From assembly GCF_006345805.1 (NCBI RefSeq), contig NC_042997.1, forward strand, positions 60,016,001 through 60,080,000: a stretch of 64,000 nucleotides of DNA, given 5' to 3'. Both the position numbers and the translations under genes were made by a program. The notes beneath the pieces are model-generated. The model worked only from the letters and a program-made list of their open reading frames with translations. It had not been told where the DNA came from and ran no database searches. This stretch comes from Octopus sinensis. Lineage: Eukaryota. Below, piece after piece: positions 52,356 through 64,000 of the stretch; positions within the stretch are counted from its first letter, which is position 1, and every line of letters begins with the position of its first letter.

Positions 52356-52710
52356 TTAAAGGATTTATATTACTCCTCCAGCAATTAAAGAAACAATATG
52401 ACTTCGACTCGTATCGATTGAACAGCATTTCAACACCTCGTGACAAGCTCAAAATAAACATCTCAATCTACTTCATTTTGGTAATACTTAAAGTGTTGAC
52501 GTTACTCCTCCAGAAATTAAAGAAACAATAAGAAGAGTTCGACTGTTAGCGTGTGTTTTCCTTTAAATATTACTAAAATAAAGTAGATTGAGATGTTTAT
52601 TTTGAACTTGTGGAAGACACACGAGATGTCGAAATATTGTTCATTCAATAACAGTCACACTATTCTTATTGTTTCTTTAATTTCTGGAGGAGTAACATCA
52701 ATCCTTTAAA
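52356..52710. repeat. Tandem-plus-inverted repeat (R-S-R-S'-R') with a decayed minimal hammerhead
   Basis: ttactcctccag.aattaaagaaacaata at 52370 and 52502, reverse complement at ~52665-52695. caag.tcaaaataaacatctcaatctactt at ~52444, reverse complement at ~52580. Confidence 0.8.
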
Positions 52711-52768
<58 letters not shown>

Positions 52769-54399
52769 GTTATTGTTGTTGTTGTTGTTGTTATTATTAT
52801 TATTATTAATTAGTAGCTTGAGATAATTATATTCCCATAAAGGAATATAATTAGCACAAGGCATTTTGTGCGACACTCTACGGATTCTGTCAGCCATCGT
52901 CTCGACAAATCACATATTAATTATTTCTTATATTGGTACAAAACCATAAATTTCCTGGGCGGATGTGAAGTCACTTGAAAAGACAACAGTTCATTACTGG
53001 TACTTTGTTTATCTCTCCTGATAGCATGTAAAACTAACTTACCTTCTGATGTGTTTAACTTCTGAACGTATATAGGCGTAACTAACTATTTCAAAACGGT
53101 TACTGTTTCCACCACGAGAAAGATAATGAATATAAAATATACATTAGTATGTTAATAAATTCCAGGTGAGCTGTTACTTCCAGGTATTTTCTATTTGTAG
53201 TAAAATCCAATTAACTTCACATATGTCATTGAGAAAAGTGTGAATAGTGTCTCACAATCCCATTCTTCTGCTGTGATTCTATCTCAGTGGAAACCTAATA
53301 CATCAGAGTTATTTAAAGGTTAAAATAGGATATAAATTGACTTTCACTTAAGCACAAAACCATTCAGATGAAGTATAAATTAACGCTAGTTCAAACGTAG
53401 TCGAATTTTGATCCTTTACTACAAATAATATTAATAGCTAATGAAATTAATTATGAAAGGATGAATATAAATAATCAGACGTAAAGGTAAAGTCATGACA
53501 GTAATATCAATTAAAACATCAGCTTGTCTGCTACCTAACAGTGGAATTCAGTCTCAGGTTGAGGAATTCAACTCCTGCCAAAAGCCATCTGCTGTCATGT
53601 TTCTGAGTAGTATATACTAAAATATAAGATAGGTAAGTTTTGGTTACAACTACTTTTATACAATTTGATGTAATGCTAAGGCACTTTTTTTTTAATCTTC
53701 ATGTAATGAATATACACTGAAAAAAAAAATAAGACGATGTCGAAGATCCAGTATTAGTCTCTTGGGGATAATATGAATGAGCGAATCATGAGTCAAAAAT
53801 CGTACGAACAATGTTAATAATTTACATTATTATTTTTATTGACCCTATAAGTAACAAAAATATACATTAACATCCATAATATGAATATACCACTTAATAG
53901 AGATTACTAGACAAAGCAATTTAAAGCAGCTTGCCTGATCTAAGTTCACCTAAAGAACAAAATACGATTTCTTCCTGTTAGTTGTCTTGTGGAAGTGGAA
54001 GTTAGTCAATTGCATCGACTCTCATATATTAGTGTAATGCATCTTTTCAGCCGCGGAAGATAAAGTCGACTGTGATGTGACCCGAAATTAGATTTAAGCA
54101 ACAAAATCCACAAAGTATCTTAATTAGCGTTGTATCATTTGCACTCCTGATAGATATGACCACAATATTGTTTATGAAAAATTAGCAATGGAGATGAGAA
54201 TCACAAGAATATATCGCTCCCTCAAATACCTATTTAGGCCAGTAAAATTGAAATAAAAATTTGGAGACTGTTGACGGAAATGTTGCAGGATATTTGTGTA
54301 TTAACATAGTGAAATATTGTTGCTTTTTACTTAATATAGATAATACGTTGGAAACGTTCACACTTATCGTCGAAACACAAATTTAATCCCCATGAGAAG

Positions 54400-56400
54400 A
54401 CTCCATTTTCCATACAAGATAATTACAAACAATGTAAATGAAAATCACATCCTTCAAATCACGGTTAAAAGAAAGTTCAATTTGATGCATAAAATATGCG
54501 CATCGTCAGAAACAAATATATTACATACATGTTTTACTCTTACACTCTACTTAAAATTTAAGGTTACCATAAAATATCTGTTTGGGGTAACTTTTAATCC
54601 TAAGAAGAATATCTGAGATAGAAATAGAAAACTTTAACGAAAGAACAATCGTGAAAATAATTAAAAACAACGTTGTAAAACAAACCCAAACAACAAGATA
54701 TACAACATCAAAAGTTAAGGAAAAACGAAAAACGTTATAAACATAAACCATGAACATAGAACAAAGAAGTAATCCATTTCAGAAAAACCAATACAAAAAT
54801 ATGAATAAAATCGTGAAAGATTAAAAAGAAAGTCATTGAAACAACGGAAATCTGAGTAATCTTAATATGTAAATAATTAAAGAATTAAAATCGATACGTA
54901 TAGGTCGTAGACAGCCTCTCTCAAAAATAAAACGAACGAGTAAAAATACTAAAACAGCAAAAACAATTAAGTAAATTAAAACCGTCGAGCAGATACGAAT
55001 GACAATATCACCAAGATAAACCAAATTATATACACAACAGCCACAAGAGTTACAACGGAATGTGTGTCCTACCTGAGGACTATTCATATAGTAATGTCAA
55101 ATCTGAGAAAAGAGCATGGTAGACAAATATACATAGAAAGATAGAAAATAAAAGAACTCCAGCTTCTTTATGAAATCAATCATATGTTAAGAGAAACAAA
55201 TGCTATAGAAATATAACAAGTAACTAAATTCAAAATACTGTCTGAAACAGTTGCCCGCCAAATCAAAAAGAATGAGTTTTCATTATAAGTGACAATGCTT
55301 CTCTACTCCAACCTCAAATGATTTCAACGAGAGCTATGTAAACAATAAATAAATAAATAAATAATGCACATAGCGCGAGGAATAGAATGATTCAGAGGAA
55401 TATGGGTATCGAAGCAAAATCAAAGAACTGACTGTTCAAACCAACAACTAACACCTGAACACTCACTGGAGGCCATATTACTTCATGAAGTATTCCAGAT
55501 ATTACGAAGAAATGGGCATCTGAACGGCAACAAGAAGTGATTAAATTTCAATCTTTTGATTGAAATATTTAACTGGCGCACATAAAGTGCAAATAAAAAT
55601 ATTTACCGAGCTACCGAAAGAACCAGTAAAAATTCCTGAATGGCTAAATGAAGGCAAACTATTTAATCCGCAAAGCTAATGAAACAACCATCCTCCAAAA
55701 CATCACACGTATAATTGCTTGCAAAGGCCGTGACTGCAATAACGACACAGAGGATAAATAAAGCTTATGCAAAGTGTCATGTTTGTAACGATCAATAAGG
55801 GTCTAAGAGTGGTAAAGCGACTATGAGAAGGCCTTTGATTGTGTACTACACCTGTTCGGTTATTGCGTTATTGCACTTAAATGTAAAATGTGTGTACAAC
55901 CTAAGAATAAAAAGTAAAACGCCACTTTTTCTAGTTAGATAACCTGAAAATATATGGAACTTCAAAAGGCAACATATCATCACTCTGAAAATGGAAATTA
56001 GTACAGATATTTAAAAGTGTTTGAAAGTAATAAATATGAAATACAGTTGAGAAAAAGGAAAAATTACAAATTCATTAAAATAGGTTAAAGAGAAAGTTAT
56101 AAGAGATTATTTCAACAAAACCAAAAAATTTTAATCTTCAGAATACAAGTATTTGGCATTCTTTGAAGAGGAACGAAGTTGGAGAAAGCTTCAAGCAAAA
56201 AAATAATACAAAAGAAAAAAAACAGCAAAAACAAAAAAATGAAAATTGGGTTAAATAATGCTGTAACTTCTGTAATAACAAACATAACTGGAAGCAAAAT
56301 GAATTTAAAAACCAACTACAAAACCTGTTGAATGCAAGCGGTATTTGGAACACTGTATAATAACTCAAGTCCTAAAAGTCTCCACGTTTACCATAAAGAA
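54400..56400 (+). mobile_element. Heavily degenerate R4/Dong-like LINE relic
   Basis: NITKINQIIYTTAT, KIPEWLNEGK, DYEKAFDCVLH, YKYLAF and WKQNE fragments in LINE order, with multiple deletions. Confidence 0.6.
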
Positions 56401-56477
56401 GTACAAATGAAGATACAAAACAAAACCTATACAAAAATTTGTGCTGTTCGGAAATGTCAATATTTAAAAGAAGGTTA

Positions 56478-56695
56478 AGGCAGAGAGCTAGCAGAATCGT
56501 TAGCAGCGTGGCGAAATGCTTAGCGGCATTTCGTCCGTCTCAAATTCGGCCGAGGTCGACTTTGTTTTCCTTCCTTTCGGGGTCGATAGAATAAGTACCA
56601 GATGAGCACTGTGGTCAATGTAATCGACTTACTTCCCTCCCATCAAATTGCTGGCATTATTCCAAAATTCGAAATCAAATTTAAGAGAAGGTTCC
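56478..56695 (+). mobile_element. Family A SINE; further copies at ~35105-35215(-), 52920-53110(-) and 59120-59277(-)
   Basis: gagctagcagaatcgttagc..gaggtcgactttg..cctttcggggtcgatagaataagtacc. Confidence 0.8.
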
Positions 56696-58016
56696 TTGAG
56701 TAAAAAGAAAAACTCCGAGAGTGATATTGTATAGCGAATGTACTGAATACTGATATACCATCAGATCTCCTTCTTTCAGGATTTATAAGATCATGCTAAA
56801 AGTAAACAGTAACAGAAATGAAGACAGAGTATAGCTAACTACTGGAACAAGTATTGCTATGTTGCTCATGCGAAATATAATATTCTGAAATAGAAACCTT
56901 AAAAAACAAACAAACAATACTTTCAAGTTGAAAAGCGAAATCATTTCTGGAACTACGAGAGCAGCCTGTCATCGACGACTTCTGCTCGTGCCTCTGGGCA
57001 CTTTTTTTCTTTTTACAACAGAATATAAATAATCTTTAGAGTGAGTCCCATTACCCTATTGAGCTGTGGTTTCACTTGAAGATTCAGTATCTATGCTATA
57101 TTTCTGTTGCAAGTCATCATGTTTGATTCAGCGTCTCCTTAACTAATACACATTGGAATATGCAGTCTCAGCACTCTAATCTAGTGAAAACACACATCAA
57201 AATATATAGCGTTACCGCTGCCCACATCTGCAAAATCTATCTTCTCGAACTATGACGCTGTAATGAAGAAGGTGTGGACAACCGTCAATGTGTAATTCGT
57301 AGTGACTGTTTTAAAATAACTTTTCTGTTATAACTTAACTTGGAGTGCCAGACAGAAAATCAGCCTTTCTCTCTTTGTCATATCACAGAACTAGTATCAT
57401 TCGTAAAGAATTGTCAACGATTAGTAAACATTAAGAAACAGGGCTTTTGCCAAGAGTTAGTATTATACAAACTGGCTGTTCACACATTTTATCTCCGATT
57501 GCAGCAATCATCGTCTTCGACAAAAGTACTAAATGAGTCGCTTCTTTTCAATTTATCACCAATTCATTTACTATCAACTCATCACTTTGCCAGATAAAAT
57601 ATTATTGAAAGAAATTTCTCTTATCTAACGTCAGATACCACAAAATTGTTCTTAATGTTACCCAAACTGTTAACATGGTACTTTCACTAAAAGTTTTTGC
57701 TGTTACTGCAAAAGATAACAAGCACAAGAAAGTAAACGCCTTAAAGAAAAGGAAGAAAAACAAATTTTAAAACCAGATATATTTTCGCTTATAGTTATTT
57801 TGGCATTTTGCGTGGTGTTTTAGAGTTATACAAACATACAGTCCTACGTACACACATGATTCCTAGCACTCTTTTGCTCTTCCTCAAACATACACACATA
57901 CACACACATGTACACACAAATATATGCATATATGTATGTATGCATGTATGTATTTATTTATGTATGTATTGTATGTATGTATGCGTATGCGTATGTATAT
58001 GTATAAAATTATATGG

Positions 58017-58058
<42 letters not shown>

Positions 58059-58566
58059 GCATACACATAATATGACCAGCTATACTAGATTTGCCCGAGT
58101 TTATTAATATCTAAAATAAATATAGTCACGTGAATTTACTACATTTTAATTTTTTTTTCAGAGTAAAAAAGATGCTGACAGTCTTCACTTGATTCTGTTT
58201 AAGTTGATTTACTTGGAATTTTAGCTTCGGAGCGAAGAAATTCTGAAGCTGGTAGATGTTGAACGATATAAATAAATGCGCAGAATTAAAACGAAATAGA
58301 TGAATAAATAAATGAGCAAATATAGAAACTGGTTGAGTTTCAGTCTAAATAATACTTTAGAACGATGACATTTTTATTCGCTAGAAATAACATTTGTGTC
58401 TCTTATGCCAGAGCTGTCCATGTACCATGTTTTTGGTAATTGTTTTCGGTGCTTATGTAGTCGCGAGCAAACTTGGTTGACTCTCGATCACCCTGTATTT
58501 TCCTCAGCGGAGCAACCAGGATGTGATAGTCGGGGTGGTGGTGGTGGTGAGGGAGATTGAAAGAGA

Positions 58567-58620
<54 letters not shown>

Positions 58621-59773
58621 AGAGCGAATAAAGAAAGAAAGAAGAAAGAAAGAAAGGAAGAAAGAAGGAAAGAAGTGAGGGCTGCGTTTGCACGGTACTG
58701 AAGTTACAGCTGAACGGACTGGTTCGACGTAAAATGAATTTTCTTTTCTGCTCAAGGAACTCACCGCTCAATCCGAGAATCGATCCCGAACCCAACATCC
58801 TGGTCACTGAAAAAAAAATAAGCAATGCTAGATTTCAAAAAACACAGTCACGCTCTCTGTCTTAAAACTCAGTTCAAGTTTGCAATATCGAATGATACAT
58901 TGCCTGTCGTTCAAAGCCATTCGCTGGAAAAGAAATAATTTAATTAATAAAAAAAAACTTTGTGATTTAACTCTTCGATAATTATATTGGATGTCCCCGG
59001 CCCAAATATTTTGCCTGTTATATGTTCAAACCGGCAAGATACGGCCTCTCACCTTTACCCTACAGCGTAGTTCTAAAAATAAGCAGTCACATCATCCAAG
59101 CCTCAAAGCTACGAGATGAAGTATCTTTCTTTACTACCCACAAGGGGCTAAACATAGAGGGGGAAAAACAAGGACAGGCAAACGGATTAAGTCGATTATA
59201 TCGACACCAGTGCGTAACTGGTGCTTAATTTATCAACCCCGAAAGGATGAAAGGCAAAGTCGACCTCGGCGGAATTTGCCTACGAGATGATGTATGCTTC
59301 ATTCAAAATAATGTGTACTTTCGACAGAGTAAACTGAATGTTAAAGGGTTACCTTAACCCCAAATAATCTATTAGGTATTTTGTCGATTGTAAGTATGCA
59401 AGGGCGGATTCAGAAGAAATGGCATGAGTACATCTCATGAACTTCAAAACAGGCTTGTGATAAATGGCAGTTGGTGTTAACGACCACGTGAGGGAATTTG
59501 TGAACTCAGTTTACACCACTAGCAGTCATCTATTTTCAATGTGTTCAAGTGTATAACTGACCTAATGACCGATTCAACGGAAACCGCACATGTAATCTTG
59601 TTTACCTTACATATGAATAAACATGTCAGATTCCACTCACTTCAGATGCAAGGTTGTATCGAGCATTTTCATGTTTTGTTACAAGCACAAAATACACATG
59701 TATACATACATGCATATATATATATATTAATATATATATATAATATATATATAATATATATATATTATTATAT

Positions 59774-59812
<39 letters not shown>

Positions 59813-61265
59813 TACACAAGTGTGTATGTATTTTGTTTTATTTTGTGTACTGTGTGCATGAACTTTTGGCTTTCATTGCTGTCTTTCTATTCTTGACTTA
59901 TTGGTTTAAATTTTTCACCCTTTTCCGATGAGTTTTTAGTCCGCCATAGTACTGTATTGAATAAACTGACCCCTCACACGCTCCACATATATATTAATCA
60001 ATGTGCAGGAATCCTTTGCTTTACGGAAGTAACTGATTCATGAAAATTTGACCGTAACGCGAAATTCCGTAATGCGAGATTACTTTTTCAATTGATTTTC
60101 ATATTATCAAGTGAGATTGCGTTCCCATGGACATTTTTGGAAACCAAAAAGGAAGCACAAGAAAACAACAGAGAACAAGTAACAATCACTTTTATACCTG
60201 AAAATAACTTTCTAAACACACGGCATAATACAGATACATGAAGACAAAAACAAAAAAACATTTCAAGAGGAATATATTATGAAATTAACAAGAATCGTAA
60301 TAGTGCATTCAAACCAGCCTTTACTTGCCAAAAAGGGATTTTCATTGAAATTTTCACCTTCCTTTTTTGGTAAATAGTTAAATAAACATTTGGCTCTTTC
60401 TTGAATTGCAATCATGTTTATCGGCGGATATCAACCAGTCTAAATTAAATTGTTTATTATGATTCTCTCCATTTCATTCCCATAGGATAAAGGTAAAGAA
60501 TTCTGCCAACCCTGTAATAGTGAGTTCCTTTATATTCTATTTTCTAAGAATCTCCTTGTAAATATGCTTATAGAGCGATGTAAACATTGGCAGAAACATA
60601 CTTTTAGCTCATATAAGTGATTTCTACCATTTTATATAATTTGAACATTGATTTTCCTCTTACATTTCACTTCCACTAGTTATTTCACTTCACCAGATAT
60701 ATCTTTTTCCAAGCCTTGAAGCTTTTATTTTAATTCACATATCGCTCTATATTTTTCCTTTATTAGTTTTCTGCTTATTTCTTTCTTTTACCCCTTCTCT
60801 TTCTATAGGCCACCTTTGACGTTATATCTACTAACGGTTTAAAAAAAAAACTTAATAGCGTTCCGTTCATCATTATACACATTCATCACATTCTGTTAAA
60901 ATATCTTATTGTGTGAGTTTGGTTTCTTTCTTTCTTTCCCCGATGAGAAGATTACATTGTTTTACACCATTTTATTCCTTTTGGAATAATACCAATGTTG
61001 TCTTCGAAACAGATGTCAGAAGTAAAAGAATTTTGAATAACACCTGCATTTAACTCCGTTTATTTATTTATATATATTATACAAAATATTTCACATCAAT
61101 CCGGAGTTTCGAACTTTACAAACAGGGTGTTACGTCCTTATTACTTGTGTGATGTTTTGCTGCCCTGATAACTGTTTATTTATTTTTCCGTGTTATTGTA
61201 AACAAGGGGAAAATACACACATTCATTCATTATATAATATTATATAATATATATATTATATATAT

Positions 61266-61327
<62 letters not shown>

Positions 61328-61351
61328 TTGTCCAACCCCTATATATATGTG

Positions 61352-61835
61352 TGGAGGCGCAATGGCCCAGTGGTTAAGGCAGCGGACTCGCGGTCGTAGG
61401 ATCGCGGTTTCGATTCCCAGACCGGGCATTGTGAGTGTTTATTGAACGAAAACACCTAAAGCTCCACGAGGCTCTGACAGGGGGTGGTGGTGAACCCTGC
61501 GGTACTCTTTCACCATAACTTTCTCTCACTCTTTCTTTCTGTTTCTGTTGTACCTGTATTTCAAAGGGCCAGCCTTGCCACACTCTGTGTCACGCTGAAT
61601 CGTTAAGAGTACACGTGTCTGTGGAGTGCTCACCCACTTGCACGTTAATAAATGAGCTGCAATGGTGCCAAGCTGTATCGGCCTTTGCCTTTCCCTTGGA
61701 TAACATCGGTGGCGTTGAGAGGGGAGGCTGGTATGCGTGGGCGACTGCTGGTCTTCCATAAACAACCTTGCCCAGACCTCGGAGGGTAACTTTCTAGGTG
61801 CAATTCCATGGTCATTCATGACCGAAGGAGGTCAC
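61352..61835 (+). mobile_element. Full-length family E SINE with a tRNA-like head
   Basis: A box tggcccagtgg, B box ggtttcgattcc, ~400-bp body ending ccatggtcattcatgaccgaaggaggtc. Confidence 0.85.
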
Positions 61836-61877
61836 AATCACACATATATATATGCATATATATATATATTTATATAT

Positions 61878-62008
61878 ATCTATACAATAATATGTTACAT
61901 TACTCAATAGTCAAGATAAAACTCTGAGTTTCAGATGTCGTGGATTACCACTTCGGCATCTGAAACTCAGTTTTATCTTGACTATTGAGTCTAACATATT
62001 GTATAGAT
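61878..62008. repeat. ~130-bp fold-back centred on a hairpin that directly precedes GAAAC
   Basis: caatagtcaagataaaactctgagtttcagatgtcg-[tggattaccactt]-cggcatctgaaactcagttttatcttgactattg. Confidence 0.9.
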
Positions 62009-62080
62009 AAATTTCCTCTATTTACATAATATTGAGGTCTCTTTCTTTCTTTAGTTATCTTACCGTTTTACCAATATATT

Positions 62081-62173
<93 letters not shown>

Positions 62174-62462
62174 TACACACACATTAATTTGACGACGGCT
62201 GAGGGTTCTGTGATTTCTTGCGGAACAAACACACACGTGCACAAGTGCGACATGTATCAGATGTCGGAGTAATCTCAGAGCAAGGTGAAATGAAGACCTT
62301 TGTTCAAGAACAAAACGCGCCACCCTCTCCGGGAAGCTAACTCACGATATAGCGATCAATAGTGCAACGCCCTAGCCACTAGGCCATGTGTGTGTGTATG
62401 TAGGTATGTATGTATGCGTATATGCACATATTTTGTATGTATGTATGTATGTATGTATGCAT

Positions 62463-62830
62463 GTCATTGTTCGGTTTTATTTCAAGATTTATTGCCATGC
62501 CTAGATACTTGTAACATACCTCGTCAGATATAGAGGAAACAATCAAATCATTGATAGATGTTACTAGTCTGCTTTATAGTTTTCCCCCTTTTGACAACCA
62601 TATAACCTACCCTACATCCTTTGAGAATGTTGTAACTAGGTCAAGGTTATTTTTCATCTCATCTATATTCTTTGCACAAAGTTTTAAGTCATCCACAAAG
62701 AAACAGTGTTTAATTTTGGTTTTTCTGTTTCCTTGTGAATCAATGAGATATCCTTCAGACTTTCTTAACATGAATGACAAAGGATTTACAGAAAGTATAT
62801 ACAACATCACAGAGAGGCTGCCTCCTTGGA

Positions 62831-62832
<2 letters not shown>
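62463..62832 (-). mobile_element. R4/Dong-like LINE, 5'-truncated and internally deleted, inside (CATA)n
   Basis: [30 protein letters not shown] and YKYLGM are joined to the terminus ggcaataaatcttgaaataaaaccgaacaatgac; (TATG)n on both sides. Confidence 0.8.
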
Positions 62833-62863
<31 letters not shown>

Positions 62864-63329
62864 TGTATGTATGTATGTATGTATGTATGTATGTATGTAT
62901 GTATGTATGTTTGTATGTATATGGAGAGAGAGAGAGAGAGAGAGAGAGAAATACACATACACACATACATAACTACATACGTGTGTGTGTGCGTGCGTGT
63001 GTGTGTATGTGTGAGTGTGAATCTGTATTTTCCATTGCGCTTCATTGCACCAAATTGCAGGGTATCTGATAATGGTATCTTTGCTAATACTGCTGCCTCC
63101 CTTGTTCCATAAAGTAAGTAGATGAAAGTAAAAGACTTTCATCTGTACGATGTAATATATCACAGGTGAAAAATTCTATCGGATCTGTTATATATTCCCT
63201 ATAACTAGGCAAATGGAAACACGTGGAATTTACTGCATTTTCCATAAATATACCAAACTCTGTCAGTTGATTATAACTGTATCCAGAATATTCTAAGCAA
63301 TTATTTGACAGAGAAATTAGATGAGATTT

Positions 63330-64000
63330 AAGGCGGTAAGCTGGCAGAATTGTTAGCGCACCGAGCAAAATGCATAACGGTATAAGGTGGTGAGCTGGAA
63401 GAAATGTTAGCACGCGAAATGCTTAGCGGTATTTCGTCTGCCGCTACGTTGTGAGATCAAATTCCGCCGAGGTTGACTTTGCCTTTCATTCTTTCGGGGT
63501 CGATTAAATAAGTACCAGTTACGCACTGGGGTCGATATAATCGACTGAATCCGATTGTATGTCCTTGTTTGTCCTCTCTGTGTTTGGCCCTTTGTGGGTA
63601 GTAAAGAAATAGGTATAAGGCGGCGAGCTGGCAAAAACGTTGGCACGCCGGGCGAAATGCCTAGCGGTATTTCGTCTGCCGCTACGTTCTGAGTTCAAAT
63701 TCCACCGGGGTCGAATTTGCCTTTCATCCTTTCGGGGTCGATTAAATAAGTACCATTTACTCACTGGGGTCGATATAATCAACTTAATCCGTTTGTCTGT
63801 CCTTGTTTGTCCCCTCTGTGTAGCCCCTTGTAGGCAGTAAAGAAATTGAAATAAGTATTTCGTCTGCCGCTACGTTCTGAGTTCAAATTCCACCGATGTC
63901 GACTTTGCCTTTCATCCTTTCGGGGTCGATTAAATAAGTATCAGTTACGCTCTGAGGTCGATATAATCGACTTAATCCGTTTGTCTGTCCTTGTTTGTCC
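63330..64000 (+). mobile_element. Head-to-tail cluster of young family A SINEs (partial head, two full copies, one 5'-truncated copy)
   Basis: Units start at ~63385, ~63618 and ~63855 with high mutual similarity; A box tggcagaat-type and B box gagttcaaattcc. Confidence 0.9.

Overview
AT-rich, microsatellite-dense eukaryotic DNA. The repeat repertoire, including (TACA)n, (TA)n, (TCTA)n, (AAT)n and several tRNA-derived SINE families, points to an octopus-like cephalopod; this is an inference. No intact protein-coding gene is evident, and nearly all ORFs in the supplied track are microsatellite translations or transposon relics. Supported content: two mariner copies, a hAT MITE, a 77-bp Tc1/mariner MITE, a deleted DDE transposon, Helitron-like ends, three to four Tx1/L1-clade LINE relics, three R4/Dong-like LINE relics, two Penelope-like (PLE) relics and many SINEs. 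The main unannotated signal is a set of type I hammerhead ribozyme (HHR) motifs folded by hand: seven complete or near-complete cores plus several half or degenerate ones. They occur in inverted PLE pLTRs, a back-to-back palindrome, a ~335-nt retrozyme-like tandem unit and the 3' body of a tRNA-Ile-headed SINE. Non-canonical cores (U4C twice, U3-A8 once) recur. Two fold-back palindromes have their axis in the presumed loop II of an HHR. There are also two kinds of microsatellite-embedded short elements, in (AAT)n and in (CATA)n; the latter shares its 3' end with an R4-like LINE. A weak three-exon minus-strand gene model lies next to a perfect RFX X-box. Most coordinates were read by eye and may be off by a few to tens of bases.
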